64,000 nucleotides of DNA from Bispira polyomma (lineage: Eukaryota), in NCBI GenBank assembly GCA_965649765.1, contig OZ287749.1, positions 2,604,001 through 2,668,000 of the forward strand. Reading direction: 5' to 3'. The notes under the pieces are model-generated. The model made no database searches. It was not told the DNA's origin and worked only from the letters and a program-made list of their open reading frames with translations. Position 1 is the first letter of the stretch, and each line of letters starts with the position of its first letter. This document shows positions 27,245 to 39,020 of the stretch, piece after piece. Both the position numbers and the translations under genes were made by a program.

Positions 27245-29425
27245 TAAGCCTTCCTATTAATGTAGCACACTGCTTACACATACACCCAGTGCTTCGTGGC
27301 AGAGATGTAATGCTGGGGATTAAAGTTCATTATCATGATGATTAGGTATATGATTGTATAAATGTCACAGTCTAAACACAGGCTAAGCCTTTCTTTCCAT
27401 GTATCCCAGTGCTGGTATCTTGTCAGTGGTAGAGATGTAATGCTGAGATGTGGTCATTATGCTGATGATTATGTGTATGACTGGTAAGAGGTCTATAATA
27501 TCCCTCAGTGGGTGAAGGGAGAGGTCCATTAGTTACAGGAGAGAGATGGAATGTGGCAGAAATCTGTCAGACTCAAGCATGTTCTATACAAAGGGACTCC
27601 ACTATATATATGTAACAACTGGATATATACATTTTGATGTGTGTATCTATGGTGTGCAATTCTGAGACAATATAAAGATTGGAACACAAAATAAAACAAT
27701 ATTAGAATTCACGCTAATTATGATAAGGCGGTTTTTGTCAGAAATCCTCATACGGTTTGTCACAAATTCAATTGGCTGCTTAGATTCTGATTCATCAATT
27801 TTGTTCCAGCCCTCTTGATTGGCTGAACATATTATTGCAAGGAAACTGATTGGCTGAGACTAAGAAAATTCTAAGAATTGCATTCTGTTCTGTTGGTCTG
27901 GTGGCGATATTCAAGAAAAGATTGTAGCCTGGGCTCAGGCTTAAAGTTAAAACTTTTTGTCTTAAGCCTAGCAATATTCACAAAGAATTCGAAATCTGGG
28001 TTTGGCTCAATCTAAAAAAAAACGTTTTTGTGGTTACAACCCCACGTGTTGCCTTCAAATAACTGGAATTCTAACGTAATTCATTAGTTTTATAATAAAG
28101 ACTGAAGCCCTGTTGCAGGCTAGGCTCCTAATATTCTGTGTCTCCACACTTGAGGTCTGTCTTTGATGTGCTGTGTAATTGACTGTCTTATCTCTATGTA
28201 CAGTAATACAGCAAAACAACACACTGGGTCTTACTGGTGACATTACAAATAAGTATTAGTAGTGTTACTTGTAAACACTGAGAAAACTAACCTAGCCGGG
28301 GTATATTATATGGAAATAAATCCTCTCAAGTACAGTAGAGCCTCTATTATCCGAATATGTTAGGAGAACAAGATTTTGTTTGGATAATAGAAAGTTGAGA
28401 AGAACAGGAAGACATAAAGTTTGGAGAGAAAATGAACCCCTAAAATATTGGTTGATAGAAGTTTGGATTAAGGTTTATTCTGTATATTGAATTATTGACC
28501 CATATTCACTCTTTTGGTGCTATATAAATACAGGTCAAGTTATTGTTTGTGACAAAACACCTGCCATCCAACATTGCTGGCAAAAGGCCACAGGCTTTGA
28601 TTATTTGCTTAACAGTGTGGATTGTGTTATGAAATACATGTGTACCATGTGGTGTACATTAACTAATATGATTACTAGTATATTCTTAGTGGTGGCTGGG
28701 CCACGGCTTGCAGTTACATCAGTGATGTACATGTGTTTGTCATTTTATTTTTTAGGGGGAAGCATTTGATGGTATTTTACTGTAACCCCCCATGTTAACA
28801 TAGAGTTTTAGTAAGGACCCTGTCATGTAATCTGCTGGACTGAGCCTTTCTCTCTCAATGTGTCACAAAGGCAATAAAAGGAGATAGTGAGGGTGGGGGG
28901 GAGGGGTGTCCTGATAGGACTTAATAGTGTCACAAATCACATCTAGGCCACTGGGTGTCTGTATTATCTCTCTGATTTATATCACATCTAAACACACCTG
29001 TAGGTTAATTAAAAAAAAGAGTTTTATTTCCAAACATCCTTAGTCTATGGTTCCCTGTTGCAGATGGCCGGCTAGGCTCTTGTTCCCATGTAACCGATTT
29101 CACATCTGTTGTGAGGTACAGACTCGTGGATTATCAGTGCTTATAAACTCCTCCAGTGAACTTTGTATTGGATTTTATACAGTGTTTATAAAGCAATGGC
29201 AGAATAGTTAAATTTGGTCAGTTTCGCCTCCCTTTCATTTTGGCACTGTGTTAAACTGATGGAAGTACAGTAGAACTGCTATTATGTCATATATATTTCA
29301 GATATAATGGAACCGGATGCTGTGTAGATTCATATATTAGCTATGTAGACTAATGTAATATATATCATTAGGTATACTGTATTTGAGATGCTGTTGCTAT
29401 AGTGCTGTACCTCATAATTTTACAG

Positions 29426-29582
29426 GTACTGGTGGGGCGGAGCTCGTGACCGATACATTTACACAGTATCAGCTGGTGAAGCAAGGGAGCAGCGCGTATT
29501 TCAACTGTGAATACACCAATGCGATCATGACTGAGTGGTATTTTGGCAACACCAAACTGACCAATGAGGGGCCTGGAGACAA
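29426..29582 (+). CDS. PTK7: PTK7/off-track-like exon B (N-terminal half of Ig3)
   Basis: Acceptor aattttacag|, donor aa|gtaaga. 157 nt, phase 1 in (G|GT=Gly with exon A), phase 2 out. Reads TGGAELVTDTFTQYQLVKQGSSAYFNCEYTNAIMTEWYFGNTKLTNEGPGD(K), with the Ig B-strand Cys and C-strand Trp. Human PTK7 has a similar AMFHCQF...QWLF segment. Confidence 0.9.
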
Positions 29583-31094
29583 GTAAGACCTTGGCCTAGT
29601 TGTGTACATGTGTGGTGCATGTGATTTAACTGACTTATAAGGGACCTGGAGACAAGTAACACCTTGACCTTGTAATGCACATTTGTGCATGTGATTGTCA
29701 GGGAGATGTGTCAAATAAGATACAGGGGAACTCCACACAACTTAACAAACTTAAAACGAATTAACCAATTGTGAAAATGCTTTCACAAATAAATAATAGT
29801 TTCATAAATAACTAAAATGGATTTACAAATAGAAAACAGTGTCAAGCCTCAAGCCAAATACCTCTACTTAAGCAGGATTTCCACTTAACAGGGTGAATTT
29901 TAGAAAGAAAAAGACCTGTAGTATTTTTCTCCATATAAAAAGATACTTGAATTGAAACAGGATTCCTCTTAAAGGTGTTTGACTATAAACAGATCCTGCC
30001 CATGTATGATTAATATAACAGTTCTCCAGCTTTTCTTTTATTGTTTGCTATTTTTCGCCAATGAGTCTCAACAGTGAAATTCAATTCCTAGTGAACGGTT
30101 GACATTTTAAATTTATTTTTACAAAGAAAACTCATAAATAGATTCCAGTGGAAATCTTAAAAGATATGAAAATTAAATTGAAATTTTACCGAGTGAAAAA
30201 TGTCCACTGCTATGGTGTTAATTTGAGATACACTTGTTTCTCCTAAAAGAAAGGAAAGTTGTAAAAGCACTTTTTTTATTTTGCTAGTTGCAAGGCACAG
30301 TTTAAATGTGTGAAAAAGATTGACATTTCATGAGACAATATTTCTGATGACGCCTTCTTAGATTACAGACTCTTAACGTTAATTGTAGGTGATGTGACGG
30401 AGATGAAAGGTTTTCAACTGATGACACAAATCAAACGTCACATTATCAGTGGGCAAAAAAGTAATATAAAATGTGGAAAAAATAAAAATCTGAACACACA
30501 CCCCCCCCCCCCCCCACCCCACCCCCCCAAAAAAAAACAAAAAAACAAAAAAACACCTGGTAGGAGAGTGCAATAGGTCTCTATCGTTTCAAATTAGTGT
30601 AACAGGTATACATGCATCAAATCTCATCATTAGGGCTAAAAAGATTTGGCAGAAGCTTTTTATTTTGGAAGGGAGGGAGGGTGTACTTTTTTGGCAGAGT
30701 AGTTCCCCAAGGATATATATAATCAGTGTTTTTTTATTTCAGAAATATCAGGATTTTTTTTGATAAAATTACTACATTGGATTTTGTTTAAATTTGTTTT
30801 CATCAATGACAGAGTATGTAATTTCGAAACGACATTCTAATTGCTGCTCTGTAACAAATTTGATTTTAATCAGTTCTATACATAAATAAGTACAAGGTGC
30901 ATCAAAAAATATTTTTTATGTTTGTCTAAAAGAAAATATTATGATGGGAGTTGTGAACAAATTTCAATTACAGGGGGATTTCTTTTCAGTCTTCCTGCCA
31001 AAAAAAAAAGTTTGACTTTTGTGTCCGATATCTCCGTCCTCTTATCTAAAGTCGGGGCCTGTGATTCTCTAAAGAAACTCAAGCTAAAACTCTA

Positions 31095-31400
31095 GGGGCC
31101 GTATTCACACAATATCTTAGTCTTAACTTAGACTGAATCTTAAGATTTTGGTCTTTGGTTTTGGCCCTGAATCGTAAGATTGTGGTCTTTGGTTTTGGCC
31201 CTGAATGTTAAGATTTTGGTCTTTGGTTTTGGCCCTGAATGTTAAGATTTTGGTCTCAGTCCCAGTGACAGTAAGAAAATATCTTTGGCTAGTGTTAACT
31301 TTGTTCTTAACACTAAGACTAACAGTAGGCAAATCTTAAATATATCAGACGTAAGTGTTAAGACTAAGTCAAGACTAACACCTTTTGTGAATACGACCCC
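31095..31400. mobile_element. Harbinger-like MITE (GGGGCCGTATTCAC...GTGAATACGACCCC) with an internal 34-bp tandem repeat
   Basis: TIRs are visible. aagattttggtctttggttttggccctgaatgtt occurs about 3.5 times at 31142-31258. Confidence 0.8.
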
Positions 31401-33045
31401 AGAGACTCAAATCATATTTCAAAGCCATGCGTCCAAATCCCTTGTAATATGGAATGAACCTCTGCTTGTGACCATTCGTTTCAATAGAGCTTTTGGCGCT
31501 GAATTCACATATGCAATCAGATTTTATGCATCTTCCCTCTCATTAGAGATAGGGGGTGGTGGTGGTATTGGGGGGGGGACTTTAGGGAGTTAAGCATGTG
31601 TCAAGCTTGAGGAGAATATACGCCCATCACTGCGTATATAAGGTTATATTTCCATCTCAAGTCACAAAAATTTGTGTTTTTCTAAAATGGTTCTGATTAT
31701 ATTTGGGGGAATCATTAATGGAAACCATACAGGGACAACATTCTTTTATGCAATATCTGTGGGTGACATTTCTGTTCTATGTACAGCCGGGCTTTCAGAA
31801 GTATTCATTGGACAAGGTCCTTGTTTTAGGAGGGGGAGGATTGTGGTAAAAGTTGACCGAATCCCAACACTAGACTTAATACTCGATTTCATGAACTCAA
31901 TTTCTGTCTGGCATAATTTGATATTTTTCCTACGTTTTGTACTGAAGTACGTGTACTGTTTAACAAACATTCTATTATCCGCACTAATTGTGACCCTGCC
32001 TCAAAAGTGTTCAACTACAAATCAAACTTTTTGACTGAAATGACCCTAAACACTTTCGACCCCAAGATAAAACTGTCGCTGAGAAGTGAAAGAAACGTTT
32101 CAGGAATAGTTAACAGATAACTGGAGTCACTCCATACACACACCACAGTATACTTCCAGCCTCATGTATAATTTTTTCAAACGGGGAATTCTCGCTGTAC
32201 CAAAAATTTCCTTTTGCGGGGAACTAAAAGAAGAGATAATAACATTTTTTGGGGCGTCGACTGCCTGGGATTTAGACATAGGTTCCATAAGAAATGCCAT
32301 TGGCCGGTAGCAGACAACATAGAGGTTGGGAGTGTTAAGTAAGGCTAACAGCGGGTTCCAAGGCAGCCATAATATGGGGAGTGGGGGTAAACTCAATGTC
32401 ACTGTAAGAAAATAAATGACCTCTAAAGATGATTGAACTTTGAAATGTCCACTTACTAAAAAGACTCTTGATATTCAAATGGATTTTAGTAAATTAGTGG
32501 AGGGATGAATCCAGTAACCTTGACCTTTCATCCTTTATCCTAGCAGTTTGTATAATGTGACTCAAGGGAAGAATTTGTGGCTTGCACACAAATGTAATGC
32601 ATGGCAAATAGACTGGACACACTATGCAAACTAGTCTCTCTATTTTGTGTGAGCTTGGGTGAGTATTAAAGGACTTTGTAGATTAGTGCAATGCGATTGC
32701 CAGTGGGTAGTATACCAGTGATGTAACTGCTTTCAGTCAAAAGCGACAAAACTCAGATTAGGATTACTTCACACTGTATTTGTGATTGTATATTGTTACT
32801 ATGTTCAGGACAACCCACACGTTTAAGAACAAATTTCTAATTTGACTAACTCGCCTCACCTGGCTATAGTACTAGCCTCGCTTTGTAGATGTAGAGGTTA
32901 CTATAAGATTGACTCACTCGTAACTTGCCTTGTTATAGTGTACAGCAACCCTAGTAGAAGGTACTTTACCCCTAGATCTTCTAGCGAGCTCCAGAGGACA
33001 CATGTTAGTGGTAGTGGGTGTTAAAGAATTAAAGAAGGTTAATTA

Positions 33046-33218
33046 ATTAATGAAAACATTCTTGGCAAATGCTTTCGCAGTAGTTAGTCTTACGGCGATC
33101 CAAGAATTTCACCTCTAACACCGTAATACTAATGCCCCTGTCTGTCCCTCTTAATCATTACCTCCAGTCCCGAAAACAAACAAAATAGAACCGAGGTCCT
33201 ATTCCATTATTCCATGCA
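33046..33218 (-). pseudogene. 18S rRNA fragment (~170 bp) inserted in an intron
   Basis: Reverse complement reads GCATGGAATAATGGAATAGGACCTCGGTTCTATTTTG...GTTAGAGGTGAAATTCTTGGATCGCCGTAAGAC...GCGAAAGCATTTGCCAAGAATGTTTTCATTAAT, which is conserved eukaryotic SSU rRNA. It is isolated, with no other rDNA nearby. Confidence 0.93.
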
Positions 33219-34712
33219 ACAAGGATTAAAGACAAGGTCATCTAATTCTGGGGGAATGTGATGTGATGTAGATGTGAATAGTAGGTAGTCATATATCATA
33301 ATTATATAAATTACCATGTCTTTTGTTGAGCGTTGGAGAACATTTAGTTGTATTAAGTGTGCTCATATATGTGAAGTAAAAGGACTTAAATACAAGGTCG
33401 ACTGATGCTGGGACGAAGTCATTTGATAGAGTTCTTAAGTTTGTAAAGTGAACATTAGGTAGTCATACATTGTCAACTTCCTATTATCGATCACTTCCTA
33501 TTATTGATCAGGAACAAATATCTGTTTTATACTGGGTCATAGGCCGATCATTTGGCATTTTAAAATGTAAACAAACTTTTCACGTATCTCCAACAAAAAT
33601 TTAGAAAATAAGGTCAAAACAGATGGACGACTAAATTGTTAAAATACACTGTTTGTACTTTTCTGCTTACAGGAGCGATAATTGGAAGCGTGAGGATATT
33701 CTTTAAAGGGGGACAGGGTGGGGGGGGTTGGGGGGGGGGGCAGCATGTGATATTTGATATGTTGATATGATATGCCATGCTAAATTGTTTATTCGCCGTT
33801 TAGAATCTCCTCCTAGTATATATAAATAATGCCTCATTATGAGCCTAGTTAACCTAAATAACAGGCGTTCCTTTACATTTATTATGGACAATGTCTAGGT
33901 GTTTGACTCCGACAAAAAGTGACATAGAATTTGGATGGGCCTTATGATGGTGTTTGCTTACATCTGTCACACCTTTTTAATAGGCTATTTGTTGTGGACT
34001 TTATTGTCTGCATACTGCTTCTTTTGGGTGGGTTTTTTTAGGTGTGGGATATGTAGAAACAGATTTTCGTAGTTATTTATGCAAAGAACAGCCCTTGGCT
34101 GCAGCATTTTCTGGCATAGTTGCAATAAGCTGTGTTTTCCTGTCTAATAATGTGTCTAGGGGAAAGGGTTTTTTATGTCACAGATGATGTCATGTTCATA
34201 GATTTTATGGGTGTTATAATCTGAATAAACATACTGTTTAGCAGGCAATGTTTGCTGCAGGACATGTATATATTGATCAAGGGGCCCATGAATAGTCAAG
34301 TGATATATATGTCTCTGACGGTCTTTGCAAACTATGTCCGATTAAAAACAATGCAAACTATGTCCGATTAAAAACAATCCAAAGAAAAACAGAATTGTAC
34401 AGTAGAACCTCTATTATCCAAACTTTTATTATCCAAATAAATGTAAATAAATAAATAGATGTAACATTTATATAGCGCTTTAGAAGAAAAAAAAGTGCTG
34501 TACAGTTTACATCTCCAGCCTGGGTTTTTCCCCTTGTCAACCAATTGTTCAGTCTCGGCTCCCTCAGAAAGCATACTAGCCATGCTTTTGTTTACAACTT
34601 ACAAACTTAAGTTTGTTACATTTGGAAAATACAGTGGAACCTCTTTAAGTAGAACTCTGATAAGTGGAATTACCTGTTAAGTGGAAGTTATTTTAAGGTG
34701 CCATTGCTATAT

Positions 34713-37024
34713 TTAAGCGTCCCTTGAAAAGGGCGCTTATTTGGTTTCACCCCTGGTTTCCTCGCCGCCTGTGCCGCCGCTGCCGCCGCCGCATGGTCTT
34801 CCTTGAATATCTCCTTCAATATTATCTGCATCAAAATTATTTTTGGCAGTTCTCTTAACCAGGAGTGGGAAATTTTTTTCATATTCTTGGCTTTGAACTT
34901 TGGCCTACTTAAATGTCAGTTGACCCTGGGGGTGTAAAAGTGCTTGTCAAAAAAGTGTTCATCATAGCTTAATGAAATTTGGTATGTACCTTGGTAAGGC
35001 AATTTTCAGGACGGGAGACGCTGATGAGATTAATCGGATGATAATTGACCGATTGCCAACTGATTGATTTTTATTGAAATGCGAAAAATCGGTACTTTTT
35101 TGCTATCTCGGAAACTATTGGGATTTCGGCTTTTTCTTGGTATAAGTTATTCATCTACTTTTTGATTTTATGTATGATGTAAAAATTTCACAGTTCTAAG
35201 TCCAGTACTCAATGAGTACTGAGTACTTCAAATGAGTATTTTGCTCTATGTTGCACTTTTATCAACTTTTCTTTTGAAGTACTTGTCATAGTTCAATGAA
35301 ATTTTGCATGCACATTGCAAATACCAAAGCATAGATGTCCGTAAATTTTTAGATCAATCTGGTGATAATTGACTGATTGACAGGGTCGATCAATCATACA
35401 AAATGGGGAAAAAAATGTGTTGATGGGTGCTTTTTTGAGCGTGTGAGGATTTTTTTTATTTTTAATTTTAGACCAGTACATGCAGCGCGTAACTTTTAAA
35501 GAATAGCCTGAATTTTTATTTATTTTTTACCCCATCCAAAAATATGCGATCGTTGCTGATATAAAATGATTTTAATTTTCGTATCTCTGAAACGGTGCTA
35601 GATAGAGCGATTTCGAGCTCATTTTCGACCCACAGGGTTGATTTTGCTTACACGTAAACTTTTAAAAAATTTTCAATTTTGGCGGCCATCTTGAATTTCT
35701 GCATCTTTTTCGAAAACGTCCGTTAGCTCGGAATTGGTGCTAGATAGAGCGATTTCGAGCTAATTTTTGACCCACAGGATTGATTTTGCTTATATGTAAA
35801 CTTTTAAAAAATTTTCAATTTTGGCGGCCATCTTGAATTTTTGCGTCTTTTCCGAAAATGTCCGTTATCTCCAAAACTGTGCTAGATAGAGCGATTTCGA
35901 GCTCATTTTCGACCCACAGGGTTGATTTTGCTTATATATAAACTTTTAAAAAAATTTCAATTTTGGCGGCCATCTTGAATTTTTGCGTCTTTTTTGAAAA
36001 TGTCAGTTATCTCGGAAACGGTGCTAGATAGAGCGATTTCAAGCTCATTTTCGACCCAAAGGGTTGATTTTGCTTATAAGTAAACTTTTAAAAAATTTTC
36101 AACTTTGGCGGCCATCTTGAATTTCTGCGTCTTTTTCAAAAATGTCAGTTCTCTCGGAAACGGTGCTAGATGCTCTGTCTAGATGATTTCGAGCTCAATT
36201 TCGACCCACAGGGTTGATTTTGCTTATATGTAATCTTTCAAAAAAATTTCAATTTTGGCGGCCATCTTGAATTTCTGGGACTTTTACGAAAACGTGAAAC
36301 AGTGCTAGATAGAGCGATTTCGAGCTAATATTCGACCCACAGGTTTGATTTTACTTATATGTAATCTTTCAAAAAAATTTCAATTTTGGCGGCCATCTTG
36401 AATTTCTGGGACTTTTACGAAAACGTCCTTTATCTCGGAAACGGTGCTAGATAGAGCGATTTCGAGCTTATTTTCGATCCACAGGGTTGATTTTACTTAT
36501 ATGTAAACTTTTTTAAAAAAAATTTAATTTTGTTGGCCATCATGAATTTCTGCGTCTTTTTCGAAAATGTCATTTATCTTGGAAACGGTACTAGATAGAC
36601 CGATTTCGAGCTCATTTTCAATCCACGGGGTTGATTTTGCTTATATTTAAACTTTTAAAAAAATGTTATATTTTGGTGGCCATCTTGAATTTCTGCGTCT
36701 TTTTCGAAAATGCCCTTTATCTCAGAAACGGTGCTAGATAGAGCGATTTCAAGCTCCTTTTCGACTCATAGGGCTGATTTTTCTTTTATGTAAGTTTTTA
36801 TAGTAATTTTTGATCTGGGCAACCATCTTCAATTTCTGCGTCTTTTTAGAAAACGTCTGTTATCTCGGAAATGGTGATCCTTTTCGAGCTTACATTGACC
36901 AAAAGTGCTGATTCCGCTTATATGTCAACTTTTAAACAATATCAAACCTTGTACACTAAACAATTTCATTATTATTTCAACTTTAGGGACGCTTCGTTTT
37001 TGTTATCAAAAACCGTTTTCTAGT
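34713..37024 (+). mobile_element. Non-autonomous Helentron/HINE (DINE-1-like) element with internal satellite
   Basis: 5' hairpin TAAGCGTCCCTT-GAA-AAGGGCGCTTA followed by a (GCC)n microsatellite. Subterminal IR AGGGACGCTT at 36985 is the reverse complement of AAGCGTCCCT. 3' hairpin CGTTTTTG-TTAT-CAAAAACCG, then TTTTCTAGTT end. Inserted at TT inside a MITE. Confidence 0.8.
35580..36935 (+). repeat. 142-bp tandem satellite, about 9.5 copies
   Basis: The GATAGAGCGATTTC anchor recurs at 35601, 35743, 35885, 36027, 36169 (altered), 36308, 36450, 36594 and 36737. Confidence 0.95.
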
Positions 37025-37134
37025 TCTAGTTAAAATTGACCCTCTTAATAGAAGCTCTGTTAAGTAGAACACAATGTTATGTGACTCTATCTTTGAATTG
37101 TTTGTCACACAATGTCTTTTCTGTCCTTGTATAG

Positions 37135-37262
37135 GTACATCCTACACGACAACGGGAGTCTTGTGATCCACGAGGTCCAGCCGCGTGACTCTGGTGGTTA
37201 CAGCTGTCTGGGTCTGTCGGCTGGAAATGTACAGAAGTTTGTGGCTGAATTACTGCTGGCAT
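37135..37262 (+). CDS. PTK7: PTK7/off-track-like exon C (C-terminal half of Ig3)
   Basis: Pyrimidine tract cttttctgtccttgtatag|, donor t|gtaagt. 128 nt; AA|G=Lys joins exon B. Reads YILHDNGSLVIHEVQPRDSGGYSCLGLSAGNVQKFVAELLLA, comparable to human PTK7 VFANGSLLLTQVRPRNAGIYRCIG...LEATLHLA. NGS sequon is conserved. Confidence 0.92.
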
Positions 37263-37624
37263 GTAAGTACAAGAAGGCTAGAACCTCTATTATACAAACA
37301 TATTGGGGGGGAGGTGGGGGGTAGAGCAAAGAAGACATTTCTGGGATTATGAAACTGCATTTATAAAATTGAATACTCGGATAATAGAGGTTTGTATTAT
37401 TGTGATTCTGCTGTATATAAAAACCTGTGCTTTCAGTCGAAGCAGACGTTTCCATATGGGCGCACTGTTATAGGTGTGACTTGCGGTTTTAAAATCGGTC
37501 CTAAAACCAATAGAAAAGCTGTTTCCCTGTGTGCGTCTTGTGTTTGGAGGTTGTAACAAATTGAACGAAGACTTCATGGGTTTTTACTGCGTCTCTGCAT
37601 GACAGAACTACACAAAAATACATA

Positions 37625-37797
37625 CTGTCAAACCCCTTTAAGTAGAACTCTGATAAGTGGAATTGCCTGTGAAGTAGAGGTTTTTTAAGGTCCCATTGTT
37701 ACATTTCTAATTAAAATTTGCCCTGTTAAGTAGAATGTCTGTTAAGTAGAACATATTTTTATGGTGCCTTCAGATTCGACCTAACAGGGTTCCACTG
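37625..37797. mobile_element. TA-flanked MITE with internal TTAAGTAGAA repeats (Tc1/mariner-like)
   Basis: TA|CTGTCAAACCCC...GGGTTCCACTG|TA. Other copies at ~10303-10475, 19035-19207, 29837-29985, 48240-48418, 50310-50425 and 57593-57773, plus the split copy at 34630-37075. Confidence 0.8.
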
Positions 37798-38904
37798 TAC
37801 TTGTCTTTAATGTAAATAAGATGATTTGCTGTCAAATTGTTTCGTCTAATTCTTCTGATAATAAATATTGAAATTTTTTTAAAAAAATCGGGAAACCAGA
37901 AATAAGAAAGTTATGGCTTTCAGGATGAAAATCCTATATTTGGTATATCACATATCTCTCACAGAAATATCACCCGCAAGCCGCACAGAGATTACAGGAC
38001 TTCGTGGCTGACTTACTTAATGGCAAGTAACATAATTGTGTGGTGACCTGGACTGGGATTATATTCAACATGGAATTCACAATTTCCGGCTCGCACCCAA
38101 ACACTTGTATATCTGGGTATAGCATACATTTGTTCACCCACCATTCTTTTTGGTCGGATCAATAGTGAGATGACCAAACCTGGACTCCAATAAGATGGAT
38201 CTATCTTCTTCCTTGGTGTGTTTACAGAATCGGTTTTCTACCCCAAATAGAATGTTTTTGTTTGTGTGACCTTGATGGCTTGCTACTGGTTCCATCATTG
38301 GTAAAGGCATGATTAACTTTATTTTCACTTCTCCCCATTTAAAAACATTTCAGTATGTAACAATATGAAAATTAATTTGACCAGTAGAATCACAGACATG
38401 TCTGCTACGTGCTGTGTGTCTATCCTTAGATGAGAAGAGAGGGAGGAGGAGGGGGAGATGTGGGTTTTGAATAAGTTATGGGTGTCCATGTCTCACTGAT
38501 CTATGTCTTTGTCAATACTGAGGGGGAGGGGGGGGGGGCTTTCAGTGATATCTATTGGCGGTAATTCTCCACCCACCCCACCCCCAAACAATCCCAAGCT
38601 TATCCCAGTCTCTGATGCTCGCAACTCCCTAAAGTTTCTTAATAGTTCCGGCTAAAGAAAAGCTACCTCAAAAATCTGACACCATATTTGAATCCAGCGG
38701 TAAAAGCTCTATTAAAATGAATGGTCACAAGTCTAGGGTTAGTCCCCTAAAGGAGTCTAGTACACGATTTACCGTCACCGTCAAGTTTAAGTTTGGTGTC
38801 TTGAGGAGATGGAGTTTCTTTTTGGGACGAAAAAATAGCAGCCTGGCCTAGATTTTTTGGGCCTACTCGGGTTTAATGGTGTGTGATGAAGCGGGCCTCA
38901 GGCG

Positions 38905-39020
38905 TCCCTCCCTCCCCCCCTGTGGCCCCCTTTGTCCCTCCCCCCTGTGGCCCCCTTTCTCCCTCCCCCCTGTGGCCCCCTTTGTCCCTCCCCCCTGTGG
39001 CCCCTTTTCTCCCTCCCCTC
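38905..39020. repeat. C-rich ~25-bp tandem repeat (ccctccccccctgtggccccctttgt), about 4 copies
   Basis: Directly visible. Confidence 0.88.
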
